A DNA stretch of 64,000 bases from Bdellovibrionales bacterium (lineage in GTDB: Bacteria; Pseudomonadota; Alphaproteobacteria; UBA9219), in contig JBAZRW010000001.1 in NCBI GenBank assembly GCA_041662785.1, positions 261,256 to 325,255 of the forward strand, in the 5' to 3' direction. Every line of letters begins with the position of its first letter. Positions within the stretch are counted from its first letter, which is position 1. Shown here piece by piece: positions 9,411 to 19,723 of this stretch. The translations under genes were made by a program, and so were the position numbers. Under the pieces are notes generated by a model that saw only the letters and a program-made list of their open reading frames with translations, did no database searches and was not told the DNA's origin.

Positions 9411-10261
9411 TTGTCGCTCCGAGGAATAAGAACAGAAGGTCCAGTAATCGAAACACCACGATCACCCACCCTCATTTCCGAACCGCCGCCTGTTACGCCG
9501 CGATCTTCATGCATCGCATAGGGGGGGGAGATCATTCCTTGTACCAACAGCTCACGATAGTGGATCATGCCGACATAATCATTGGTCATGCGGTCAAGGT
9601 CGGCCTCAAACGTCTCTTCGGCTTGCGCGACGCCCGCATTCCAACCCTCTTGCACCAAGGCTTTCCATTGCTTGCGTTCTTCATCACTGCGAGGAAGCAA
9701 AAGTCCAGGGGGAGCCTCAACAGTTCCCCAATCACGCTCTAAATACAAACGCCAATTGCGTGGGGCTGTCACAATGCGTGCCGCCTTGTTAATTCTCAAA
9801 ACGCGATCCGAAACAGCGGCCTCTTGGCCGCCGCCATTTACAAGAACGGCACGTTGCGCTTCGCTAACAATGGGGGGCTCAATCAAAAGACCAGAGGGCG
9901 CATTGATCAACAAACGCGTAAAATTAAAAATCTTGGAAAGGCTTACCTCATGCTCAACAAGGCGTCTTTGGATTTCAAAGGTACGGTAAGCTAGCCCCCC
10001 ACGCGCACCATAGGAAAGCGCGGCCTCACGCAGGGCATCATTCCGAATCTGAAGCCCCATAACCTCTTCTTTTCCAGAATCTTCGCTGCCCATTTGATCC
10101 TGAAGATCTTTCAGGACTGGTGGCGGGGGCGAAGCTTCCGTCGTCATGTTCTGTTGCGCACACGCCCCAGAAACGCCCAACGCTAAGAGTGTTACCACAA
10201 AAAGAGGGCCTAAAAAGAGCCACCCTCTTTTGGGGAAATCAGATTCTGTCAACAGGGGCAT
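9389..10261 (-). CDS. dotC: DotC/TraI-like outer-membrane lipoprotein
   Basis: 290 aa. Signal peptide ending in a lipobox-like VSGAC, a size matching DotC (~300 aa), and placement between DotD-like and DotB genes. It overlaps dotB by 22 nt. Confidence 0.5.
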   Translation of the reverse strand: MPLLTESDFPKRGWLFLGPLFVVTLLALGVSGACAQQNMTTEASPPPPVLKDLQDQMGSEDSGKEEVMGLQIRNDALREAALSYGARGGLAYRTFEIQRRLVEHEVSLSKIFNFTRLLINAPSGLLIEPPIVSEAQRAVLVNGGGQEAAVSDRVLRINKAARIVTAPRNWRLYLERDWGTVEAPPGLLLPRSDEERKQWKALVQEGWNAGVAQAEETFEADLDRMTNDYVGMIHYRELLVQGMISPPYAMHEDRGVTGGGSEMRVGDRGVSITGPSVLIPRSDKWTTAPR

Positions 10262-10739
10262 AACGAATCTCTATCGAGTTATTGTTGCTATTGACCGAAA
10301 CATCGGCCCGACGACCCGCTTGAAGGCCAAGATCATGAAGAGCCTCAATCAACGGCTTTTGATAAACGTCAAGGTTGACAAGAAGCGGAACGCCCGACGG
10401 GCTTCCCACAACCTTGTAGCTCATGCTGGCGCGTGAGGCTAAGGTTTGAAGAATTTGGTCGATAGGCCCCGACCATTGAATCGAAATAAGCTGCGTTAGC
10501 GCTGGTGGCGCAGAAGAAAAATCATCGGGCGCAGGAAGCTGCGGCTCACGATATTGTTCAATGCCAGAAAGCGTGTCCAACGCCTTCGAGGCCTTTTCTG
10601 CGGCCTGCGCCAAGCGCACGCTCACGACATCGGGCTCCGTGGCAACAGGCGTCATGCTTGTCGTCGTCACGCCACATCCCGCCACAAGAACACCAGCCCC
10701 TAGCAAGGCCATCATCGGAATGGTTCTTATTATCGTCAT
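10239..10739 (-). CDS. dotD: DotD/TraH-like lipoprotein
   Basis: Start reassigned to the internal Met (MTIIRTIPMMALLGAGVLVAGCG, lipobox LVAGC), giving ~166 aa, the size of DotD. It sits immediately upstream of dotC. Confidence 0.45.
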   Translation of the reverse strand: MTIIRTIPMMALLGAGVLVAGCGVTTTSMTPVATEPDVVSVRLAQAAEKASKALDTLSGIEQYREPQLPAPDDFSSAPPALTQLISIQWSGPIDQILQTLASRASMSYKVVGSPSGVPLLVNLDVYQKPLIEALHDLGLQAGRRADVSVNSNNNSIEIRYAPVDRI

Positions 10740-10848
10740 TACTTCCACCATTATAAAGATAACGCCTATGACCCTTCTCTCAGCGAAGGATCGCCCCTTT
10801 TCCTGTATCATCAGGCCATACCAATGACACAACACACACGCGAATCAC

Positions 10849-11133
10849 TTACCCCGAGTAGCGGAGAAAATAGAGAGAAAAACCAAACACAATCAACGCC
10901 ACTACGAATAACAAGAACGCAGTAAACCACAGGCCGGTAAACAAATGATAAAGGGAAAAAGACAACAAGGCGGCAGAAGATATCCCATACACCAATGAGG
11001 CATTCGGGATTTTCTCTTCTTTTCCCTTTTGATGAGAGAGAAAGGACTGAACCACCCCACGTCCCCTCACATTAAGGGAGGGAAGGTTTGTCTTCCCCCG
11101 AGAAGAAGGGGGCGGTTTACTTAAAAAGCCCAT
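10849..11133 (-). CDS. Small hydrophobic protein (hypothetical, C-terminal TM hairpin)
   Basis: 94-aa ORF ending ...LLSFSLYHLFTGLWFTAFLLFVVALIVFGFSLYFL, between the DsbC-like gene and dotD. Coding status is uncertain. Confidence 0.2.
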   Translation of the reverse strand: MGFLSKPPPSSRGKTNLPSLNVRGRGVVQSFLSHQKGKEEKIPNASLVYGISSAALLSFSLYHLFTGLWFTAFLLFVVALIVFGFSLYFLRYSG

Positions 11134-11146
11134 ATAAAACCCTCTG

Positions 11147-12148
11147 TTAGCGGCTTAAATCCGTCAACACCGCCGCCATGCGCTCAGGTTTTCCTTGCAC
11201 AATCTTGATCCGCCCATCCTTGCCCCGATACACTAAATACGGGTAACCCTGAATGTTCCACTTCGCGACAAGATTAAGATTAGCGATCACGGCACGCCGC
11301 GCCATATCATCCGGCTCTCCTGCCAAGGCCGTCTGATCGCCATCGACATAACGATTCCAAGCGTCAAGCGGGTTGGGTGTTTTAAGCAGCTGGGCCGCGA
11401 CACGAATTTCTTCGCCGCCCGTACTATTATAAACGGGGATTAAGCGCACCTGAATCTTGTTGGCCTTAACAGAATCACGCAATTCCAGCCATGTTCTCTT
11501 GCAATTGGGGCAACCTGGCGCCACGACCATGATCAATTCGGCAGACTCATTCTGTCCCACCGTCACGCCCGCCGCCGCTTTAAGATCCTGCATGAGGCGT
11601 TCCCCAGGGGACAAAGAAGCAGAAGGCATCCCGTTTATGCCCTGCCCGTTCTTAGAGGCAGGTTCAGCGCTTTGTTCGCCCGCCGGAACAGACCCAGCCC
11701 CATCAGGCGCACCGGCATTATAAACCTCTCGTTGCTGCTGCGCCGATCCTGACAGCAGCGCTTTCACTTCAGCGTTCTTTTCAACCAACGCACTGATTTG
11801 AGGGGTCGTGACATTCTCTCCCTGCACCGAAAACATGCCTCCGATCAGCGCCGTTTGACGATCTGGCGACAGATAAATGATCTGGACCTGCCCATCCTTA
11901 ATGATAAACCATCCCGGCATGCCAGAGCGCTCACCAATAAAATACAGCTTCCCGCCGCTCTTCACGAGGTTCGCCAAAACAGGCGTTGTGTTAACATCGG
12001 GGGCATGCGCGTTGACATTAAAAAGAGGAGCCGCCGTGACCCCAACGTCCGTCAGCGCGGGGGTTGTTTGTGCAAACCCAAGAGAAGCGCTGCCGATCAA
12101 AATGGCAATACTACCAAAAATTATTTTCAAGAAATGGGTTCTTGTCAT
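11147..12148 (-). CDS. Periplasmic thiol:disulfide interchange protein (DsbC/TrbB-like)
   Basis: 333 aa. Signal peptide and a thioredoxin-fold CxxC active site VVAPGCPNCKRTW. IncI TrbB and F-like TrbB are DsbC-like proteins encoded in conjugative T4SS loci. Confidence 0.6.
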   Translation of the reverse strand: MTRTHFLKIIFGSIAILIGSASLGFAQTTPALTDVGVTAAPLFNVNAHAPDVNTTPVLANLVKSGGKLYFIGERSGMPGWFIIKDGQVQIIYLSPDRQTALIGGMFSVQGENVTTPQISALVEKNAEVKALLSGSAQQQREVYNAGAPDGAGSVPAGEQSAEPASKNGQGINGMPSASLSPGERLMQDLKAAAGVTVGQNESAELIMVVAPGCPNCKRTWLELRDSVKANKIQVRLIPVYNSTGGEEIRVAAQLLKTPNPLDAWNRYVDGDQTALAGEPDDMARRAVIANLNLVAKWNIQGYPYLVYRGKDGRIKIVQGKPERMAAVLTDLSR

Positions 12149-12211
12149 CGGCTTTGGCCTCCCGCTTACTTGGATTGGTTTAGAACTCGCATGGAAGGAA
12201 CCATGAGAGAA

Positions 12212-12667
12212 TCAGCGCTGTGCATAATAAGCCTGATTCTTCGATTTTGCATAGCCCCGTTTGATCAACCCCTTGCGCTCCATCACCGCAATAACCTTAG
12301 AGGCATAGCGGGGGCCAATCCCTGGGGTCGCCGAATGGTAATAGGCAATGCCCCCGTAAAGAGAGCCCGCTTCCTTGATTTTTTGCCCTAAAATCCAAGC
12401 GGCAACCCTAACATTCACGCACCCATCATCGCGCACAATCCGATGTGCCACCTTCTGATCCACACCCCAAGCACGAGACAATTGAGGCACCCATCTTGTG
12501 TTCACCTGCATAGGACCAAGATCATAGGTTCCATTGACGTTAGGCCCGACCTGCTGCCCAACGCGCCCTCCCTCAACATGCATAATGCCAACCATCACAG
12601 CAGGTGGAACCTGATACGTCTGGGCGGCTAGCATCATACAAGCGGCAAGGGCTTGGGCGGTGATCAT
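12212..12667 (-). CDS. Lytic transglycosylase (SLT domain, VirB1/IagB-like)
   Basis: 151 aa. Signal peptide plus MHVEGGRVGQQVGPNVNGTYDLGPMQVNTRW, matching the SLT catalytic Glu and GLMQ-type motif. Confidence 0.7.
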   Translation of the reverse strand: MITAQALAACMMLAAQTYQVPPAVMVGIMHVEGGRVGQQVGPNVNGTYDLGPMQVNTRWVPQLSRAWGVDQKVAHRIVRDDGCVNVRVAAWILGQKIKEAGSLYGGIAYYHSATPGIGPRYASKVIAVMERKGLIKRGYAKSKNQAYYAQR

Positions 12668-12668
12668 C

Positions 12669-13523
12669 TCACCACCCCTGCTCTTCCAAATGAGCGGATG
12701 GCGGAACCTCTAAATAGGTCGACAAGGTCGCGAGCATCGCCATGCGTTGATTAAAGGCCTGCCAAACCTGCGTCATCGGAACCGTTGATCCATGCTGCGC
12801 AAAGTAAGCGGCCTGCACATCGGGAGCCATCGCGTTCAAGCGATCCGCCTCGGCATAATGGCTTTCCGTATAAATCTGTCCCGCTGCCCGCAAAATAGTC
12901 CAACACAAAAGACGCCACTGCTCAGGAGACGAGCCAGATGCCGCGAGCGTTCGCGTAACTTGATCCGCTGTTTTGACAAGCCTTTCTGAAACCTCCGCCA
13001 GCAAGTCATGCTCGGCGCGACCAAAGGCATATTGGGCAACAGCCCCAATCACAGGGACGAACCCTTCCATCATCTTGGCGCGAAAGGTGGCCACCGTGTT
13101 GGGAACCGTTTCTCCTCCTGCCGGAATCTGGTTTTTAAATTTCTCTTGAAGCGCCGAGGCGATGCGTACAAGTCGCGTGATGTCCTCAGCAGACATAAGC
13201 TGGCCTGTCGCCTGATAGCTGGCCGCAACAACCTGACTGGCCGATCCAGCCAAGTTCCACCGCACAGAAGGGGCAAGATCGCCTTCGTCGGCTCCAATCT
13301 CTTTAGCCATTTCACGGCTTAAAAGAACAGCGCACTCAACCAAGTCCCCCATGCGTTTCGTTTTCGCGCCTTCGTCCTCAGCGCTTATAACCTCTCCGCT
13401 ACTACCAGAGACATCAACCAGCGCCTGCAAAAGAGGCATGCCAACCTGACGAAAAGCAGCCAGCATCATCTGAAGATGCGCCCCAGCGTCTTTCGCGGAC
13501 TCACTTGATGTTGAATCGACCAT
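12669..13523 (-). CDS. Hypothetical protein (helical, no signal peptide), T4BSS-locus associated
   Basis: 284-aa ORF translationally coupled (1-nt gap) to the transglycosylase gene. No recognisable motif. Confidence 0.35.
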   Translation of the reverse strand: MVDSTSSESAKDAGAHLQMMLAAFRQVGMPLLQALVDVSGSSGEVISAEDEGAKTKRMGDLVECAVLLSREMAKEIGADEGDLAPSVRWNLAGSASQVVAASYQATGQLMSAEDITRLVRIASALQEKFKNQIPAGGETVPNTVATFRAKMMEGFVPVIGAVAQYAFGRAEHDLLAEVSERLVKTADQVTRTLAASGSSPEQWRLLCWTILRAAGQIYTESHYAEADRLNAMAPDVQAAYFAQHGSTVPMTQVWQAFNQRMAMLATLSTYLEVPPSAHLEEQGW

Positions 13524-13699
13524 GACTCTTCCATTTGAAAATGTTTTTTGTGTTGGACAACGGCTCGCCGTGACTCCTTACCATACACGACCCTCACGCG
13601 TCTTAACAGTCCCCGTTCGCTTTAAGGCGTCCATTATGCCGCCGCTTTGGTTAACGAAGCGTGCCTAAAAAGTTACTAAATTCTTATTCTTTTCCTCCG

Positions 13700-15109
13700 T
13701 TATTCCCAGCAACCCTTCATGTTCTGCATTCCTTGCTGCGCCCGTGTAAAGACTTTGTCTTCGTTTTGCCATTGTTTTTTTAACGATTCCCTCATGATTT
13801 GGCACATCAACAGCGTGCTGACTTTTTTGGGGTCCTGCACACCGCCATGGGTATCGGCTTGAATCCGCCGCGTCGAGCCACAAAGAACACTGGAAAGATA
13901 TTCCGCCTGATAAAGACTTAAACCGTCTTTACAATTGTTAAAGTCAGGGGGCAAAACGATCTGAGCCTCACGCGCCGCATCGCAAGCCTGCACAGAGGCG
14001 TCACAAAATTCCTTAAAATCATCATTGGAACAATCGGGGCGCGTCAATTTGCCCAAACGATCCGCGCACGTTTTAACAAAGGCACTTTGGCGCGACAGGC
14101 AACTTAGAAACTGGACAAATTTGGCCTTTCCTGCGGGTCTGTCTAAGTCTTCATCACGCGGGGGGGTGAGACGTGGCCCCGCCAGATTGTAACAGTATTG
14201 CCGCGCCATCAGCCATTGCTTGTGCGCCTCATTGCCTTCCTCAGGGAAAAAGTCTTTAACCGTTTCTAGTTTTCCGTTAATCATCAGGTCGACATCTTTA
14301 ATCGGCGGTACGGTATAAACCTTTTCTCGGCTCAACGTGTCTATACTCACATCGCCATCGGCGTAACCAATGGTTGGAGCCGTTACTGGTGCGCGGCAAG
14401 CTTCAGGCACGCCATCGATAGCGTTGCCTGTTTTAGGCCTGTTCTCGCCATACTTGCCGCATTTGATGTTCCACGCATCCATCGCGTATTGGGGGCCGTT
14501 TCCATCGCTGCCTTTACTGCGATAACGGACATCGATTCCCTTGGCTACCGTCTTGGATATAATCCGCGCAAACTCCGTCATGACAGGCACAGCCTGCCGC
14601 GCCAGAATAAGATTGCACAAAAATTGCTCTGCCGCCGGAGGCATCACATGCTCCGCCAAATGCTTTATTTCTTGCCCTTCGACCTGATTACGAACCCCCG
14701 CATCAAGCATGGCTTGCGTTGCCTCTATGGTTGTCCTCGCCTGAAGCTGCTGCGCCGTTAAGAGTTTGATGGTCGCTTGTCCATGCTCTACCCTAAAATT
14801 CCGCATCAGGTCTCTAAAAAGATTCATCATTTTCGTAACGCCGTTCGTGATGGATATCCACGCTTTATTTTCTTCCAGCCAGTTACTTATTTCCTGATAA
14901 GTACTTAGTTTAGTAAAGGCATTTTCGACAAAACTCTCAACTTCCTGCCCGTCCGTTAAAGCAAAAGCGCTCTGCGGCGTCCAAAAGACACCGGAAAGAA
15001 AAAACAGAGTCATCAACACTATAAACAAGTGACCGCCGACCTTTCGCAGCGACCCCGCTTTCTTCCCTTCCCCTTGCGAGGGATCCTTTGTTTTATGCCA
15101 GAAGCTCAT
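13700..15109 (-). CDS. Secreted Cys-rich protein, paralogue 4 of a tandem family (IcmX/TraW-like?)
   Basis: 469 aa. Signal peptide, and it shares the family motifs: F/YLC..L.A.Q..., NLAGPRLTP (family consensus AGPRPTP), V.TCADRL...TRPDC, LSLYQAEYLSSVLCGS. Confidence 0.5.
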   Translation of the reverse strand: MSFWHKTKDPSQGEGKKAGSLRKVGGHLFIVLMTLFFLSGVFWTPQSAFALTDGQEVESFVENAFTKLSTYQEISNWLEENKAWISITNGVTKMMNLFRDLMRNFRVEHGQATIKLLTAQQLQARTTIEATQAMLDAGVRNQVEGQEIKHLAEHVMPPAAEQFLCNLILARQAVPVMTEFARIISKTVAKGIDVRYRSKGSDGNGPQYAMDAWNIKCGKYGENRPKTGNAIDGVPEACRAPVTAPTIGYADGDVSIDTLSREKVYTVPPIKDVDLMINGKLETVKDFFPEEGNEAHKQWLMARQYCYNLAGPRLTPPRDEDLDRPAGKAKFVQFLSCLSRQSAFVKTCADRLGKLTRPDCSNDDFKEFCDASVQACDAAREAQIVLPPDFNNCKDGLSLYQAEYLSSVLCGSTRRIQADTHGGVQDPKKVSTLLMCQIMRESLKKQWQNEDKVFTRAQQGMQNMKGCWE

Positions 15110-15121
15110 CTCTGTTTTCCT

Positions 15122-16681
15122 TTATTGAGACACAGCCATAGGCCACGCCATCTCATCCGGCGCAAAAGGGATTCCCGTTTGAGGAAGGGGCGGAAATCTT
15201 TCGGCTTTGATTTCTTGCGGCACTATGGGCCTCGCCTTTGGCGTCACGTCTTTGACAACACGATGCGCCGCGCCCTCTTCCGCCCGCGTTAAACCCGCAA
15301 CCGTCCCGCCAATTCCCATCCAATTGCTTTTTGTTCCCTGAATCCCCGTGACAGCATCAACCAAAGCCCCTTGCTTGGCCGCAACCTTGGCCTGCCACGT
15401 GTTCCATGCCGCCGAGCATTTGATGGTTTCATTAATGAGCTCAGGCTGCGTTGCCCCCGCTTGAATCAAGGAGATATGGTGATGCTCGCTTTTACACATC
15501 GAATGGCTTAAAAGTTCTGCCTGATAGGCGCTTAATCCTCGAAAATCAGGCGACAAGCAATTGCTAAATTTTACCTCTAGGTCGTGACCATCAATATAGC
15601 CCTTCGCTGAAACGCAGCTCTTCTGTTGCTTGTCAATCAGCGCTTTCGAAGCCGAATCATCCAAATTCGGCCGCGTATAATAGGCTAACAAATCCGTGCA
15701 AGGCTTGACCATCGCGCTCTGCATGGCCAGCGCATGATCGAAGCGCGCCCGCTCCACAAGGCCTTGGGGTCTCGTCATCTTATCCTCGCCCCAAGCAGGC
15801 GTAGGGCGTGGCCCTGCCAACTGGAAACAATAGTAAAGACCCGCAATCCACATCCTTTGGTTGTCATTTATAGGGTCGGGAACGCTAACTGTTATTTCCT
15901 TCCCATCGGGAAGCGTAATCGCCTTAGACGTAAAAGACGACACTTCAAGAGGAATGGCCCCATCCATCGAAAAGGGCGTCAAATCATCATCAATAAAGCT
16001 CCGCTTCGTGTCTTCCCCAACCGTTGTGGTGGCCAAGCCGCTACAAGAAGAATCATAGCCATCTACAACAGGGTTTCCGAACCCTGCCGAACACCGCAAG
16101 GTTTCTTCATCAAAGGCGTACATAGGCCCACTACCATCATCAATCGGGCCGCGATACATGCTTTCAATGGCCTTAAGAGCCAGCCTTGAAATGCCACGCT
16201 CAAAATCCTCAGTCGTCGCGGCCAATTGATGAATTAGTGTTGCCTTACACAAATATTCATTTTTGGGCGCGGCGTAATCTGCCACAAACTTAAGGTCTGC
16301 CGCCAGCTTGGCGTCGGCCGCGGCAGTATCCATTTCAATCTGTGTAAGCCGCTGCTTGGTGAGAGCAAGCCCTTCTTGTCCCAAAGCATTAAGCCTGCCG
16401 TCGTTCTTGACCAAGTCCGTCATGATCCCAAAGCCATCGGTAATCAAGGTATAGATGTTGGAAATAACAGATATAATCTGGCCAAGCACAGCGATCTTCT
16501 TACCCATCGCAGCTAGGCGGGCGGTCCATTCTGCCACAGTTGCAGGAAAATTAAGAAAATCAATGATCCTCTCAAGGACCCCCGCATGGGCTGGCGCGGG
16601 AGCCACAAGGCTTCCCCCCGTCAATAAACAAAGTGCTAATGAAAGAACCAGCATGGTCTTTTTGATCGTGCGCATCATCAT
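15122..16681 (-). CDS. Secreted Cys-rich protein, paralogue 3
   Basis: 519 aa. Signal peptide ...APAPAHA; PKNEYLCKATLIHQLAATTEDFERG, QLAGPRPTP, VKPCTDLLAYYTRPN, LSAYQAELLSHSMCKS. Confidence 0.5.
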   Translation of the reverse strand: MMMRTIKKTMLVLSLALCLLTGGSLVAPAPAHAGVLERIIDFLNFPATVAEWTARLAAMGKKIAVLGQIISVISNIYTLITDGFGIMTDLVKNDGRLNALGQEGLALTKQRLTQIEMDTAAADAKLAADLKFVADYAAPKNEYLCKATLIHQLAATTEDFERGISRLALKAIESMYRGPIDDGSGPMYAFDEETLRCSAGFGNPVVDGYDSSCSGLATTTVGEDTKRSFIDDDLTPFSMDGAIPLEVSSFTSKAITLPDGKEITVSVPDPINDNQRMWIAGLYYCFQLAGPRPTPAWGEDKMTRPQGLVERARFDHALAMQSAMVKPCTDLLAYYTRPNLDDSASKALIDKQQKSCVSAKGYIDGHDLEVKFSNCLSPDFRGLSAYQAELLSHSMCKSEHHHISLIQAGATQPELINETIKCSAAWNTWQAKVAAKQGALVDAVTGIQGTKSNWMGIGGTVAGLTRAEEGAAHRVVKDVTPKARPIVPQEIKAERFPPLPQTGIPFAPDEMAWPMAVSQ

Positions 16682-16746
16682 TCCTCCTGCCTTTTTAAGG
16701 CCACTATGGCGGGCAACCCTTGCGTTGCCTTGCCCTCACATCTCTC

Positions 16747-18123
16747 TCATTCTCCAACAGCTTCCCAACAAGTTTGAAGCTTTTGCATCGCCTGCGTCGC
16801 CGCATGGCAATTTTCGTGTTTCTGCGCGACAGACTCTTTCCACGACTGCCCCGATAAGTCGCAAAGATCGGCCGTGTCTAAAAGCAGATCCTTGTGTTTT
16901 GAGCCCGCCTGAAGAAGATTGTTGTTGTTTTGCTCACTCTTACACAGGCGTTGATTGATTTCCTCGGCCTCATAAGGGCTTAAGCCCTGCCACTTAGAAA
17001 GCGCGACATCCTTGCCACATTCTTGATAGGGGGCCAAATCAAGAAACCCTGTAGCGGCCAAACATTCTTGTTGTTGCGTTTCACACAATTTAGCAGACTC
17101 AGCGCAATTGGGGCGCGTATAATACATCAATAAATCCGTACATTGCTTCACCAGCGCATTTTCACTGGCAACACAGTGGTTAAACATGGCGCGTTGAACC
17201 TTGCCCACAGGCGTTTTCATCCCCTTGCCAGACCGTGGCGTTGGACGCGGCCCCGCCAGCAAGAAAATATTATCCCAAGCCGCGACCCATAATTGTTGTT
17301 GTTCGTTTTGGGGCGCAGGAACGCTAACGGTCAGACTTTCCCCCGTTAAATCGTTCTTATAAGATTGAGTATCCATTTGTGGCATCTGGTAAATCTGGCT
17401 GCCATCAATCGGCGAAATATCGGCATCCGCCAAACTCTTTCCACTTGCTGTGCTGTCCTTGCAGAAATCGCCCGCGCCATCAATGGCATTGCCATACCCC
17501 TTGTTGCATCGCCGTGCCTGTTCTTTTCCCACAAAATCCGACCCCTTGCCATCGCACGTCGGGCAACGATAACGGCCACTGATCGCTTCCGCCGCCATAC
17601 GCGAACCTTCCTTTTCAAAACCCTGCGTTGTGGTCGCAATTTGGTAGGCCAAGACTTTCTTACACAAATACTCGTTTTTAGGCGGAAGCGCTGAGGGAAG
17701 AGAGTTCAACACCTCCACCAACCTCGCATTATTCGTCGCGGCGTCAATTTTTGCTTGCGTTATGGCAATCTCAGTCGCCGCATAAAGGTGCATCGCCGCC
17801 AGTTTCTTCTTCATCGTGATGTCATAAGCCTCGGAAAGCTTTTTAAACTTATCGGCGAAAAGATTATAGAGGCTAACAACGCCATCAAGAATCTCTTTTA
17901 TATTGGATAGCTCCAGCGCCGCCTTTCCTTTTTCTATAGCCGTTTCTATTAGATTGAAAAGAAATTTGGGTATATTCATAACAGCCGTGTCAGCAACGCT
18001 CTCACGAGGCCCCGTTATAACAAGCCCCCCCGTATCAGAGCTGACCCCGACATTCATCAACCCCGAACCCAAGGCAAGAACCATTACAAAGGCTAGTCTT
18101 AAGAAAATCGTTGATATTTTCAT
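16747..18123 (-). CDS. Secreted Cys-rich protein, paralogue 2
   Basis: 458 aa. PKNEYLCKKVLAYQIATTTQGFEKEGSRMAAEAISGRYRCPTCDG, LLAGPRPTP, VKQCTDLLMYYTRPNC, LSPYEAEEINQRLCKS. Confidence 0.5.
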   Translation of the reverse strand: MKISTIFLRLAFVMVLALGSGLMNVGVSSDTGGLVITGPRESVADTAVMNIPKFLFNLIETAIEKGKAALELSNIKEILDGVVSLYNLFADKFKKLSEAYDITMKKKLAAMHLYAATEIAITQAKIDAATNNARLVEVLNSLPSALPPKNEYLCKKVLAYQIATTTQGFEKEGSRMAAEAISGRYRCPTCDGKGSDFVGKEQARRCNKGYGNAIDGAGDFCKDSTASGKSLADADISPIDGSQIYQMPQMDTQSYKNDLTGESLTVSVPAPQNEQQQLWVAAWDNIFLLAGPRPTPRSGKGMKTPVGKVQRAMFNHCVASENALVKQCTDLLMYYTRPNCAESAKLCETQQQECLAATGFLDLAPYQECGKDVALSKWQGLSPYEAEEINQRLCKSEQNNNNLLQAGSKHKDLLLDTADLCDLSGQSWKESVAQKHENCHAATQAMQKLQTCWEAVGE

Positions 18124-18142
18124 TCTTCCCCCATCGGCCGGC

Positions 18143-19678
18143 TCACGGATTAACCGTTTGCGGCGACAGATCGCTCTCTGCTGCCCCTACTGCTCTTGTC
18201 TCTTTTTGATCACGCCCTCCTTGCCATTTGGCTTTATAAAATTTGTCAGCCCGCGCCACTTTAGAAGTGCGCACAACGTCAGAAGACACTCCCGACCGCC
18301 CGTCCTCAAGCGCCGCATGCCCGCCGCCAACCGCATCAACCGCCGCCCAACAGGAATCTAGGGTTTGCATACCATTAACAGCCGCCGTGCAATTGGCGTG
18401 TTTTTTATCCACGCTTACCCGCCATCTTGACCAAGCCATCTCGCAAAAGTCACTGGAAGCCGTTAGTTTTTCATAAGTCGCGCCCGCATGAACCATATCG
18501 ACATAATGTTGATTGCTTTTGCAAAGGAGCTGATCAATCTTATCCTCCTCATAAGGACTAAGCCCTTTTTCACACTTATCAAACGGCTCTAAATCGATAA
18601 TCCCCTTCGCCGCCAGACATTTCTGTTGCTGGTCCTTGCATAAATCTGTTTCTTGTACATAAGCCCACGGCGGCAAAGTAGCCGCTTGTATCTGATTGCA
18701 ATTTGGGCGCGTATAATACGCCAATAAATCCGTGCATTGTTTCACAAGAGCGTTCTGGCTGGCAACGCAATGATTAAACAGAGAGCGCTGCACTTTGCCA
18801 ACGGGGGTGTTCATGGCCTTGCCATGCAGCGGCGTGGGGCGCGGCCCTGCCAGTAAAAAGATATTATCCCACGCCGCAACCCACAGACGCTGCCGATCTG
18901 AATCGGGGGTAGGAACATAAACAGTCGCCTCTTCAAAAAGAAAAGCATTATTCTCATAAGTGTACTGACTCATGAGGGGCATTTCATAAATCTGCCTACC
19001 GTCAATCGGCGCGATATCCGCATCAGCCAGACTTCCACCACTCTCATCCAGCTTTTTTTCACAGGTTGTTTTGGCCCCATCAATCAAGACATTGCCATAA
19101 CCCTGATCACACCGCCGCGCCGACTCTTTCCCTCTGTAATCAGGCCCTCTGCCATCGCAGGTCGGGCAACGATAGCGGTTGCTGATGGCTTCCGCGGCCA
19201 TACGCGAAACTTCTTTTTCAAAATCCTGCGTTGTCGCCCCTGCCTGAAGGGCTAAGAGTTTTTTGCACAAATAGTGGTTTTTGGGGACAGCCCCCTGCAT
19301 GGCCGCGCCGACAGAGACTCCCAGAAATGTATCAAGCGCCCCCGCATCAACGCGCGCTTGCGCCATTTTTTCTTCGACCTTGGCGGCAACCATATCGCCG
19401 TACAACATGGCCCGCGTATCAAAACCAAGCCTTTTTTCCGAATTTTCGAAAAGGATTTTGAACAAGTCGGACATGGCAACCAACACATCTATAAGAGCTT
19501 TGACAATCTTCAGATTACTGGCCCACTCCACCGCAAGCTTGCCCCATGACCATATGGTTGTGGTAAACTCCGACACACCCACGACAAAAGTAACATAGGC
19601 CCCAGCCCGTGCGGGGGCGGGAACAACCGCCGTCTGCAGCATAAAAAGGGCAAGCAAGCACAGAATCCACCGCTTCAT
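18143..19678 (-). CDS. Secreted Cys-rich protein, paralogue 1
   Basis: Start taken at the internal MKRWILCLLALFML (signal peptide). PKNHYLCKKLLALQAGATTQDFEKEVSRMAAEAISNRYRCPTCDG, LLAGPRPTP, VKQCTDLLAYYTRPNC, LSPYEEDKIDQLLCKS. About 70% identical to paralogue 2 over the core. Confidence 0.5.
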   Translation of the reverse strand: MKRWILCLLALFMLQTAVVPAPARAGAYVTFVVGVSEFTTTIWSWGKLAVEWASNLKIVKALIDVLVAMSDLFKILFENSEKRLGFDTRAMLYGDMVAAKVEEKMAQARVDAGALDTFLGVSVGAAMQGAVPKNHYLCKKLLALQAGATTQDFEKEVSRMAAEAISNRYRCPTCDGRGPDYRGKESARRCDQGYGNVLIDGAKTTCEKKLDESGGSLADADIAPIDGRQIYEMPLMSQYTYENNAFLFEEATVYVPTPDSDRQRLWVAAWDNIFLLAGPRPTPLHGKAMNTPVGKVQRSLFNHCVASQNALVKQCTDLLAYYTRPNCNQIQAATLPPWAYVQETDLCKDQQQKCLAAKGIIDLEPFDKCEKGLSPYEEDKIDQLLCKSNQHYVDMVHAGATYEKLTASSDFCEMAWSRWRVSVDKKHANCTAAVNGMQTLDSCWAAVDAVGGGHAALEDGRSGVSSDVVRTSKVARADKFYKAKWQGGRDQKETRAVGAAESDLSPQTVNP

Positions 19679-19723
19679 AACGCCCCGCCATGGTCTGTGC
19701 TTGCCCATCAAAGCCATCTCCGC

